A DNA stretch of 64,000 nt from contig JAWLDT010000002.1 in NCBI GenBank assembly GCA_041686485.1, positions 22,492 to 86,491 on the forward strand. The letters are read 5' to 3'. The stretch's first letter is position 1. Each line of letters begins with the position of its first letter. The notes beneath the pieces were generated by a model that saw only the letters and a list, made by a program, of their open reading frames with translations, searched no databases and had not been told where the DNA came from. The translations under genes were made by a program, and so were the position numbers. The stretch is from Bacteroidales bacterium (GTDB taxonomy: Bacteria > Bacteroidota > Bacteroidia > Bacteroidales > UBA7960). Positions 1-8,029 of this stretch are shown here, piece by piece.

Positions 1-1956
1 AGAAACCAGTTGAGCTGGCAGGTCGCCGGTAATTGTTAGTTGCAAACCGGCAATTGTACCATCACTGTCTATTGAAATGCCATCATGATGGAGATACAGT
101 CCGGCTGTTTCAGAAAGTTTGTCTGATCCTTTCACTACAGGGTCTTCCGTAGTGATATGTAAAGTTTCAATCGCATCCAGGATATTGACCACTTCATCCT
201 GATTGACATCGGCGTTTCCAAAGCAGAATGGTTGCGGATTTTGAGCCAGCACATACCCTGAAATCATAAGTACATCATCCGTATCCACAAGACCGTCATC
301 GTTGGCATCACCCGGCAGGGTCAACAGCGTGACCGGCACAACCATGTCGTCATCATCCACGGTTACTTCCCCTTCCGCCGGAAGGTAACAGTCTTTGGAA
401 ACCAGATAGGAATAGGTTCCCGGGGCAACCTCATGGAACGAATATTCCCCGGGCTCATTTTCAGTATCACCGAATATGATGCTGGCATTCTCAACCGGAT
501 CTCCATGGGCGTCTTCCACCTCAAAGCTTACCTCCGCGGTACTTACAGGTGCAGAAACTTCAAAAGACCGGGCTCCGGGCGCACCGATATAAGGCCAGGT
601 TTCCTTTCGTCCGGATTCATCCGCAGCGCTCAGATAATAAGTAATTAACGTATCACCGGAAGTCACCGGGATCGCTGCTTCATAGGTATGATCTTCTTTA
701 TGCAGAAGCGGAATGGTATCAAACTGCCCTTCATTGGCTTTATAGATCGCAAACAGGGAGTCGGAATAAAGTGGCTCACCGCTATAGGGGATCAGTTCGG
801 CTTCCACCACGAACGCTTCCTGGTAGGGCTGTTCGCCATGAATCGGGACATGTTCAACGTACAACATTTCGGTATCGGCCATATCTTTCACCCGGCAATG
901 CAACGCATCGGTTGACTGCCAGCTGCCCTGAAAACCAAGCACCTCATAGCCGGGCATGGCTTCTTCAAAAGTTTCCAGGGCATCGCTGTCCCAGGAAGAG
1001 CCTGTTATTGGTACATACACCCTGTCATTAATGATCAGGGAGTTTGTATAGGGTTGGTTATCTGGTGTATATACCCGAACGACCTCATAAGGTGTTCCAT
1101 AGGCACTGGTCTGGCTCTCAAAATAATCAACCAACTGCTCGTAGGCCCAGTGCATATAATGGGATTCAGGCACTTCAGCGATCATGATCTTATCAACATC
1201 CAGGTACTTTGCCCAGGTATCAATATGTTCAATGTAAGAGCCGGTGGGATCCATGGTAACATGATAGGTCTCAATACCGAGATAATCCTCCATCCGGGAG
1301 TTTACATATTCCTGGTTGTGCTGGTTCTCAGTGTAAACCAGATCCGTAGAGGCTGCTATACCCATACCGTCGCTCATGTAGTTGCCTCCGGTATGTTCTA
1401 CATCCATCCCAAAAATGTCGAGATCGAGGTAATCAGCCATCACCCCCGGTATCGCATCATCATCAGGCCGTGGCCTGTTATAGGGGAAATCAACGAGTCC
1501 AATTTCCTGATCCCCCAGGGCAACGTACCAGGGCCCATAATCCCGGGTCCAATAGGAATTTGTGCTTGCATTGACAAATTCACAATTATCCATGTTAACG
1601 CCGGCATCCATATAATCATCCACTGCCTGGCTTTCGTAATACGATTCTACAAGTGTAAACACCGTGGCATGCTGCGAAATGTCGGCGATAAGGCTCAACG
1701 GAATCCCCAGGGGGTACCGCACCATAACACCCTCCATCGGCTCAAATTCAGCGATGTTACGAACAGGGAGTTCCGGTGGAGGGGTCTCTTCAAATTTTGC
1801 GCCAATCTCATCCAAACGCAGCTTTTCTTCAGGAGTCAACCATATGGGAAGACTTTCGGGGTCATCCCATTCAGGTTCCTGGGCATATATTTCTGCAGGC
1901 AGAAAAAACAATAATATCAGAAGACATGGTAACACATTGACTAACGGTAACTTCAT
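1..1956 (-). CDS. secreted PAD_porph-family deiminase (peptidylarginine/agmatine deiminase-like) with beta-sandwich and dockerin-like repeats; C-terminus runs off the window start
   Basis: My own minus-strand translation from the ATG at 1956; the gene is not in the ORF track because it is open at the edge. Signal peptide MKLPLVNVLPCLLILLFFLPAEIYAQ. Motifs YWTRDYGPW, EHTGGNYMSDGMG, IEHIDTWAKY and TDALHCRVKD. Then GDANDDGLVDTDD and ADVNQDEVVNILD Ca-loop-like repeats. No stop seen through position 1. Confidence 0.8.
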   Translation of the reverse strand, partial: MKLPLVNVLPCLLILLFFLPAEIYAQEPEWDDPESLPIWLTPEEKLRLDEIGAKFEETPPPELPVRNIAEFEPMEGVMVRYPLGIPLSLIADISQHATVFTLVESYYESQAVDDYMDAGVNMDNCEFVNASTNSYWTRDYGPWYVALGDQEIGLVDFPYNRPRPDDDAIPGVMADYLDLDIFGMDVEHTGGNYMSDGMGIAASTDLVYTENQHNQEYVNSRMEDYLGIETYHVTMDPTGSYIEHIDTWAKYLDVDKIMIAEVPESHYMHWAYEQLVDYFESQTSAYGTPYEVVRVYTPDNQPYTNSLIINDRVYVPITGSSWDSDALETFEEAMPGYEVLGFQGSWQSTDALHCRVKDMADTEMLYVEHVPIHGEQPYQEAFVVEAELIPYSGEPLYSDSLFAIYKANEGQFDTIPLLHKEDHTYEAAIPVTSGDTLITYYLSAADESGRKETWPYIGAPGARSFEVSAPVSTAEVSFEVEDAHGDPVENASIIFGDTENEPGEYSFHEVAPGTYSYLVSKDCYLPAEGEVTVDDDDMVVPVTLLTLPGDANDDGLVDTDDVLMISGYVLAQNPQPFCFGNADVNQDEVVNILDAIETLHITTEDPVVKGSDKLSETAGLYLHHDGISIDSDGTIAGLQLTITGDLPAQLVS

Positions 1957-2133
1957 AGACAAGTTTTTATTATTTTCTGGAGATCGGATGTCAGCATTAC
2001 TTCAACATCAACAAAACATACAAAATTAGACATTATCAGGTAATAAATAAAATGCCTTTCCTTTTCTTTGAACCGAAGCGTATATTTTCATGTGAATTCG
2101 TAAACATAGCTGTTGTGTTGTCAATTTAGCCCT

Positions 2134-2141
2134 TACCTTTG
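2134..2141 (+). promoter_or_regulatory. Bacteroidota sigmaA -7 motif TACCTTTG
   Basis: Matches the TAnnTTTG consensus, 25 nt upstream of the ATG at 2166. Confidence 0.45.
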
Positions 2142-2165
2142 TAAGGAATAGTCTGCAAAAAAATC

Positions 2166-3854
2166 ATGATCCCGGGTATGGCACATCAGAAAAAGATACG
2201 TATCGGTCTACTGGTTGACGATAACATGCTCCCGGCCTGGGCTTTCGACATGATCAACGAGATCAGTCAAACCAACCACTCCAGGATCGTCCTGATCATC
2301 AAAAAAAAATCAAAGAAAACCTGCCATTATCCTGATAAACCAGGTTGGAAAAACAGGCAACACTGGCTATTTTTTCTTTACCGGAAGTTTGAAAACCTGC
2401 TCTTTAAGCCCGTACCAAACGCGTTTGAGAAAAAAAACCTGTCGGACCTGCCGGTAAAATGTGAGATAATACCGGTTACTCCAGAAGAAAAAGATGAATC
2501 GGATATCATTGCAGAAGATGATATGAACACTATCCGGCAATACCAGATAGATCTCTTCCTGCAAGTAGGTTTCAGGGCATTAAGGGGAGGCATCCTGAAC
2601 TGTTCGGCCTATGGCATCTGGACACTGCAGGCAGGGAGCAAAAAAATTGTATGCAACGATTATGCAGGCATATGGGAATTGCTCAACAAGGAAACTACCT
2701 CCACAATCCACATCATTGCGTACAGCGGGAATCAAAAAGACGGACAAGTGATCGGCAGATCTACGTTTCGCACTTTAGACAACAGCATCAACTGGAACAG
2801 AAATACTTTTTTCTGGAAAGCCCGCCTGCTCATTCCCCGGCTGCTGGAAGCATTATCCCGCTCAAACAACGGTATCATTCCTGCACACACACCGACTGAC
2901 AAAAGCTTTCCTCCGCCAGCAAAAAGACAAACGCCAAACCTTCCGGGAAACGCAGAACTTGTCCACAAAGTCTCCCGGCTTTTTTTTACCTACCTGAAAC
3001 GAAAATTCTTCGGCCTGCTTTATCGTGAACAATGGGGACTGCTTGTACATTCGGGACAAGCAGGACACGTACCAGCCTCTTTTTCCGGATTCAAAAGGCT
3101 GATACCGCCAAAAGACCGCTTATGGGCAGACCCATTTGTTATACAGCAAAAGGGAAAGGATTATATCTTCATTGAAGAAATGACTTTTCGGGGAAAAAAA
3201 GGGCATATAGCGGTGATGGAAGCGGAAGGCAAAGGACAGTACAGCACACCCCGCCCGGTCCTAAAACGCCCCTACCACCTTTCCTACCCTTTTATCTTCA
3301 GGCACAAAGACCAGCTCTATATGATGCCGGAGACCCTGCAGAACCAGTCCATTGAGCTCTATAAATGCCATATTTTCCCCGATAAATGGCAGTTTGAGAA
3401 AACCCTGATCAGCGATATCTCCGCCACAGACGCGACCCTCTTCAACTACCGGGACACCTTCTGGTTGTTTACAAGCGTGGACACCCACCCGGGAACATCC
3501 ATTAACGATGAGCTTTTCCTGTTTTATGCCAGTAGCCTGACCGATACACACTGGACACCGCATCCGCAAAACCCTATCGTGTCCGATGTGCGATTTGCCA
3601 GACCCGCCGGCAACTTATTTATCCAGAATGGCAAGCTTTACAGGCCTGCACAGGATTGCAGCAAACATTATGGCTATGGCATGCAGATCATGGAGGTAAC
3701 CACTATCAATAAAGAGACCTATGCCGAACAACATGCACAGTCAATATACCCTGAGTTGGCAAAAGAGAAAAAGATTGCGGGCACCCATACACTGAATTTT
3801 TCCGATAATTTGACGGTTAGTGACGGTATTTTTATAAGAAATAGATTATTTTGA
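2166..3854 (+). CDS. hypothetical two-domain protein (N-terminal formyltransferase-like fold?, C-terminal beta-propeller-like domain?) in glycan cluster
   Basis: 562-aa ORF. N-terminal part KIRIGLLVDD...IDLFLQVGFRALRGGIL resembles a Formyl_trans_N layout without the usual H/D catalytic motif. C-terminal part has repeated strand-like blocks WADPFV, DYIFIEE, LYMMPE, FWLFTS, LFLFYA and LYRPAQD. Confidence 0.65.
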   Translation: MIPGMAHQKKIRIGLLVDDNMLPAWAFDMINEISQTNHSRIVLIIKKKSKKTCHYPDKPGWKNRQHWLFFLYRKFENLLFKPVPNAFEKKNLSDLPVKCEIIPVTPEEKDESDIIAEDDMNTIRQYQIDLFLQVGFRALRGGILNCSAYGIWTLQAGSKKIVCNDYAGIWELLNKETTSTIHIIAYSGNQKDGQVIGRSTFRTLDNSINWNRNTFFWKARLLIPRLLEALSRSNNGIIPAHTPTDKSFPPPAKRQTPNLPGNAELVHKVSRLFFTYLKRKFFGLLYREQWGLLVHSGQAGHVPASFSGFKRLIPPKDRLWADPFVIQQKGKDYIFIEEMTFRGKKGHIAVMEAEGKGQYSTPRPVLKRPYHLSYPFIFRHKDQLYMMPETLQNQSIELYKCHIFPDKWQFEKTLISDISATDATLFNYRDTFWLFTSVDTHPGTSINDELFLFYASSLTDTHWTPHPQNPIVSDVRFARPAGNLFIQNGKLYRPAQDCSKHYGYGMQIMEVTTINKETYAEQHAQSIYPELAKEKKIAGTHTLNFSDNLTVSDGIFIRNRLF

Positions 3855-3946
3855 CAACCAGAATGATGTAAAAGAAGATCTTTGCCATAGAATAAAACAA
3901 ATCAGGTTTATTATGAAATTTAGCTTTATTAGTCCCTTACAAGCAA

Positions 3947-5008
3947 ATGACCAACCCTGACATCCATATTCTTCGATACGACTCGAAATACAAGGAAAGC
4001 ATCCTTTCCCTATTGGGTTATCTTTGGCGTGATCTGGATGAAACGCAGCAACGGGAATTATTTACATGGCGTTATTTACAGAATCCTTTTACAACAAACC
4101 CGGTGATATACCTGGCCATCCACCAGGACCGGGTTATCGGGTTCAGGGGCTTTGTCGTTCACCATTTCGTAAAAGGACAATCGGAACCGTTTCCGGTTTT
4201 TAGCCCGGCAGATACCATCATTCATCCTGACTACAGGGGTAAAGGGTTGTTTTATCGTCTGAATCAATCCTTTTTTGAAGATGTTCAATTTCCCGGTATG
4301 AACAAAGGGATTATTCTGAACCTGTCTTCCAATGAGCAGAGCACTCCGCTCAACCTGAAACAGGGCTGGCAGGCCACCGATGGCCTCAAACGATTTGGTC
4401 TCCGTTTCTCTTTCCGAAACACACTCCTTATTCGTTCGGGGTTGGGAAACGCAGAATGGCCAAAAACCAGCAGCATCCAGGGACGTGGTTTTCAGATAGG
4501 AATTGGAAACACCCCACGCACTGCTGAACTTGCTGCTTTTTATTTAAGAAACCGTCCTCAGAACAGGCTCACCCTCCTGCGGAATGCATCATTTTACAGG
4601 TGGCGATACGATGATGAAAGTGGTTGTTATCGTTTTGTATATCATTACCGGCATGGCGAGCTGACCGGTTATCTGATCATAAAAAAGCTGAGTAACACCC
4701 AATATCTGTTATGGGAATATGCTGCCATCAATCCGCAAGTACTTCGCCGGATGATCAACAAGGCTATACAAAAATTACGGATCCCATTTTTGCGCACCTG
4801 GGTGTTGTCAGCGAATGACAGCAAATGGTTGTGGAAGTGTGGATTTGTCGCGCCACCAACCAGGCTGTGGCAGCTTTTAGGCAAAATACGTCTTCCGGTT
4901 CTCGTCCGACCGGTTAAAGAACGGTATCAGGAGGAAGATTTTATTTTGGAGGGGCTTGACATCCGTTCAATAGAAAACTGGCAGCTTTTCCTGTCCGACC
5001 GGCACTAA
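3947..5008 (+). CDS. GNAT-family acyltransferase, long (353 aa) form
   Basis: VIGFRGFVV...IIHPDYRGKGLFYRL matches GNAT motif A (R-x-x-G-x-G). There is an extra C-terminal domain. Confidence 0.7.
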   Translation: MTNPDIHILRYDSKYKESILSLLGYLWRDLDETQQRELFTWRYLQNPFTTNPVIYLAIHQDRVIGFRGFVVHHFVKGQSEPFPVFSPADTIIHPDYRGKGLFYRLNQSFFEDVQFPGMNKGIILNLSSNEQSTPLNLKQGWQATDGLKRFGLRFSFRNTLLIRSGLGNAEWPKTSSIQGRGFQIGIGNTPRTAELAAFYLRNRPQNRLTLLRNASFYRWRYDDESGCYRFVYHYRHGELTGYLIIKKLSNTQYLLWEYAAINPQVLRRMINKAIQKLRIPFLRTWVLSANDSKWLWKCGFVAPPTRLWQLLGKIRLPVLVRPVKERYQEEDFILEGLDIRSIENWQLFLSDRH

Positions 5009-5276
5009 CCGCCTCGTTGCAGCTATTGAAGCGGTAAAGGCAAGCTCCGGGTTGAGCGTACATCAATATGAGAAAAATATGGAGAAAAGTATAGCCCATC
5101 ATTGAATACTTTCTAAAACAAGTTACAGAAGAAAAAAGACGGAAACAGATCGGATACCAGATAAACAAAAGGGTTTCAGTCGCACGGGAAGTTCTGTCAA
5201 ATAACCGGAATACATGCAGTAGCCGGGGTTACGGTCTGCCATCAGGAAATTGTAACAATGGGTTCATATCAAAGAC

Positions 5277-5308
5277 AAAAAAAGCGGATCCTTCTCAGAA
5301 GGATCCGC
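5277..5308 (-). terminator. rho-independent terminator downstream of tRNA-His
   Basis: Perfect 11-bp stem GCGGATCCTTC-TCA-GAAGGATCCGC (5284-5308), followed on the minus strand by T7 (plus-strand A-run 5277-5283). Confidence 0.7.
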
Positions 5309-5314
5309 CTGCAG

Positions 5315-5389
5315 GGTGACTGATGGGATTCGAACCCACGACCCCCAGAACCACAATCTGGTGCTCTAACCTGCTGAGCTACAGTCACC
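5315..5389 (-). tRNA. tRNA-His (anticodon GTG) with encoded G-1
   Basis: Folded by hand. Acceptor GTGACTG/CAGTCAC, anticodon stem CCAGA/TCTGG with loop TTGTGGT, T-arm GTGGG-TTCGAAT-CCCAT, and an extra 5' G opposite discriminator C. Confidence 0.9.
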
Positions 5390-5403
5390 GTTTAATTGCG
5401 GTG

Positions 5404-5411
5404 CAAATATA
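5404..5411 (-). promoter_or_regulatory. -7 motif TATATTTG for tRNA-His
   Basis: TAnnTTTG on the minus strand, 15 nt upstream of the tRNA 5' end. Confidence 0.5.
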
Positions 5412-5471
5412 CATTATTTTTCCGAAATTTGTGACCCAACACTCACAAATTTCTTTACCTAGCTGATATCC

Positions 5472-6770
5472 ATGATACCTGCCATCAGACGTTTTTTCGG
5501 CCTGGAACACATTCGTCATTTCATGACCTTGTTTTCCAGCTCGGTAATCGGGCAGGGCCTCTCCCTGGCACTCTCGCCTTTACTTTCCAGGCTCTTCACG
5601 CCGGAAGATTTTGGTTTGGTAGCTTTATATCTGGGTATTATCAGTGTGATGTCGGTCATTACCACGGGTAAATATGAGCAAGCCATCATGCTTCCCCGGG
5701 AAGATAAAGCAGCCGTCCATCTGTTCAGGCTGGTGCTCGTCACGGCCCTGGTCATTTCGCTAATCACGGCGATCCTGTCGGTCACCTTAAATCAGTTCAT
5801 AACAGGTCTTTTAGGCAACCCGGACATCAGCCCCTGGCTCTATGTCCTTCCCGTAAGTCTGATGCTCCATGCCATGATCCATTCCGCGACGTTCTATTCG
5901 AACCGCACCAAAAAGTTTAGTCGCATCGCACAAACCACCCTGACCCAGAACATCTCCCTGAACGGGGTACGTGTTCTAACCGGTTGGTTCCAGACACCTG
6001 TAAATGGCCTGGTCCTTGGCCAGCTTGCCGGTCATTTTGCCGCTATGGGCTCTATTTTTTGGAAAACGCTAAAACAGATCCGCAGATTGCATGTCCCGTT
6101 CTCATTTTCTGCCTTGAAAAAGCAGGCTTCTGTTTATTCACAATACCCACGGTTCAATATGCCGGTGAGCCTCACCAACAACCTTTCAGGCAGCCTCCCC
6201 ATCTTTCTGTTTACCTGGGGCTTTTCGGCAGAGGTAGCCGGCCTTTATGCCTTCGGGTACACCTTTGTGTTTCGCCCCGTCAGTCTGTTCTCCCAGTCAA
6301 CACAACAGGTGCTTTCTCAAAAGATGATCGAAAACCATCACCACGGTAAATCCATCTATCCTTCCCTGAAAAAGATGGTGCAACGTTTTTTTCTGGCCGG
6401 CATCATCCCCCTGATCATCTTTGCCATCTGGGCGCCTGACCTGTTTGCCTTTGTTTTTTCAGAAAATTATGAGACATCCGGCAAATACCTGCAAATTCTG
6501 AGTCCCTGGCTGTTTATGGTGTTTCTGACCAGCCCCCTGACCTTTATTCACGAGCTGTTTTTCAGACAGAAAAAGGCCATGATCATTGACATTGTTTACC
6601 TGGTATTACGTTTCTTTGCGCTGATGACCGGTATCTGGCTCCAGGATGTTATGATCGCCCTGATCCTGTTTTCGGCCGTCAGCACCCTGACCATCGGCTA
6701 TAAGCTCCTCTGGTATATGCAGCTGGCCAGGAGCCGGCAACACACAAATCCAACACAAACAGCTTCATGA
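5472..6770 (+). CDS. Wzx-type oligosaccharide flippase (polysaccharide biosynthesis protein, MOP superfamily)
   Basis: 432 aa and highly hydrophobic, with about 12 predicted TM segments. N-terminus FSSSVIGQGLSLALSPLLSRLFTPEDFG is typical of PST flippases. Confidence 0.8.
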   Translation: MIPAIRRFFGLEHIRHFMTLFSSSVIGQGLSLALSPLLSRLFTPEDFGLVALYLGIISVMSVITTGKYEQAIMLPREDKAAVHLFRLVLVTALVISLITAILSVTLNQFITGLLGNPDISPWLYVLPVSLMLHAMIHSATFYSNRTKKFSRIAQTTLTQNISLNGVRVLTGWFQTPVNGLVLGQLAGHFAAMGSIFWKTLKQIRRLHVPFSFSALKKQASVYSQYPRFNMPVSLTNNLSGSLPIFLFTWGFSAEVAGLYAFGYTFVFRPVSLFSQSTQQVLSQKMIENHHHGKSIYPSLKKMVQRFFLAGIIPLIIFAIWAPDLFAFVFSENYETSGKYLQILSPWLFMVFLTSPLTFIHELFFRQKKAMIIDIVYLVLRFFALMTGIWLQDVMIALILFSAVSTLTIGYKLLWYMQLARSRQHTNPTQTAS

Positions 6771-7969
6771 CAGACACTAAACATCTATCCATCGTTGTAC
6801 TCCCCTCATGGTATCCACCGGCAGGCGGAGCGTTCTTCCGGGAGCACAGCCGGGCACTCTCCGTAATCGGGATAGATGTCAGCGTGCTGGCGCCGGTCGA
6901 ACTGGGAATCACCGACAATCCGGTGGCATACCTCACATTTTCAGGTCACCTAAGCGGCGAAAACCAGGCACATTTCAGGGAGCTAAGGCAATGGCAGCGG
7001 CGAATCCCGCTGGTCAACAAGCTGAACGTCAGACGGTGGGTAAACCAGGCGATCAACATGTACCAGGCACATACGAAGCAGCATGGCCATCCCGATATCA
7101 TCCAGGCTCACAGCGCCATGTGGGCAGGACTGGCAGCGGCCGGTATTAAAAAAAGATTCGGCACGCCCTATGTGATCACCGAACACCGCGGCCGGTTCAC
7201 CCATCACAATGACCATGCACGAAAGCTGATTAAATCCTGGCATAAACCGTTATTGAAAGAAGCCTTTACCAAAGCGGATCATATTGTACCCGTGAGTGTA
7301 GCCCTGCAACGGGGCATCATGCAGCTGGCGCCGGAAAGCCATAGAAAACTGTCTGTAATACCCAACATGACAGATACAAGGCTTTTTATCCCGGCCGAAA
7401 CCAGCAAGTCCCCGGAGGAGCCTTTCACCTTCATGTGCGTGGCCAGTCTCGAGAAGCTCAAAGGGGTTGATGTGCTACTCAACGCTTTCGCCCGTTTGCA
7501 AGAGAGAATAAATCATCCGGTGAAACTGGTTATCGGCGGGGATGGTGATCAGCGCAAAGCATTGGAAGCACTGCGCAACAGACTGGGCCTTGATGCGGAT
7601 GTGGAATTCACCGGGAAGCTTGCACGTCCTGAGCTGGTGAAGCACCTTCAGAAGGCTCATGCCTTCGTGCTACCATCAATGTTTGAGGCTTTCGGGGTTG
7701 TCATCATCGAGGCTATGGCCTGCGCCCTTCCGGTGATCGCCACGCGGTCGGGCGGGCCTGAAAGCATCGTAACCAAACAAACCGGGTTGCTCGTGCCTCC
7801 GGAAGACCCCGGAAGCATGGCCTCTGCCATGGAAGCAATGATCAACAGCTACAAAAACTATAACCCAGACATTATTCGCCAATATGCTGAAAAACACTTT
7901 AGTCGTGAGGGAATAGCAAACCGGTATCTCCGGCTTTACGAAAAGCTATTGACCGGCAAAACCAGGTAG
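6767..7969 (+). CDS. glycosyltransferase family 4 (GT-B fold)
   Basis: C-terminal motif LPSMFEAFGVVIIEAMACALPVIATRSGGPESIV (E-x7-E). Overlaps the flippase stop by 4 nt. Confidence 0.9.
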   Translation: MTDTKHLSIVVLPSWYPPAGGAFFREHSRALSVIGIDVSVLAPVELGITDNPVAYLTFSGHLSGENQAHFRELRQWQRRIPLVNKLNVRRWVNQAINMYQAHTKQHGHPDIIQAHSAMWAGLAAAGIKKRFGTPYVITEHRGRFTHHNDHARKLIKSWHKPLLKEAFTKADHIVPVSVALQRGIMQLAPESHRKLSVIPNMTDTRLFIPAETSKSPEEPFTFMCVASLEKLKGVDVLLNAFARLQERINHPVKLVIGGDGDQRKALEALRNRLGLDADVEFTGKLARPELVKHLQKAHAFVLPSMFEAFGVVIIEAMACALPVIATRSGGPESIVTKQTGLLVPPEDPGSMASAMEAMINSYKNYNPDIIRQYAEKHFSREGIANRYLRLYEKLLTGKTR

Positions 7970-8029
7970 CGATTTTCTTTGCCAAAGAGAAACAGAACAA
8001 AACCAACATACAGTTTGAAACAAACGAAC

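Noticed and set aside
433-2029. Plus-strand ORFs from the track (433-648, 688-915, 771-1031, 1054-1914 at 286 aa, 1664-2029).
   Set aside because: All are antisense or out of frame relative to the long minus-strand deiminase ORF, which has clear family motifs. Their translations are low-quality (Cys/His/Arg-rich) and have no motifs.
5277-5411. tRNA-His as the attachment site of an integrated island.
   Set aside because: No integrase or recombinase gene is present. I saw no second copy of the tRNA 3' segment (…GGTTCGAATCCCATCAGTCACC) that would mark an att repeat.
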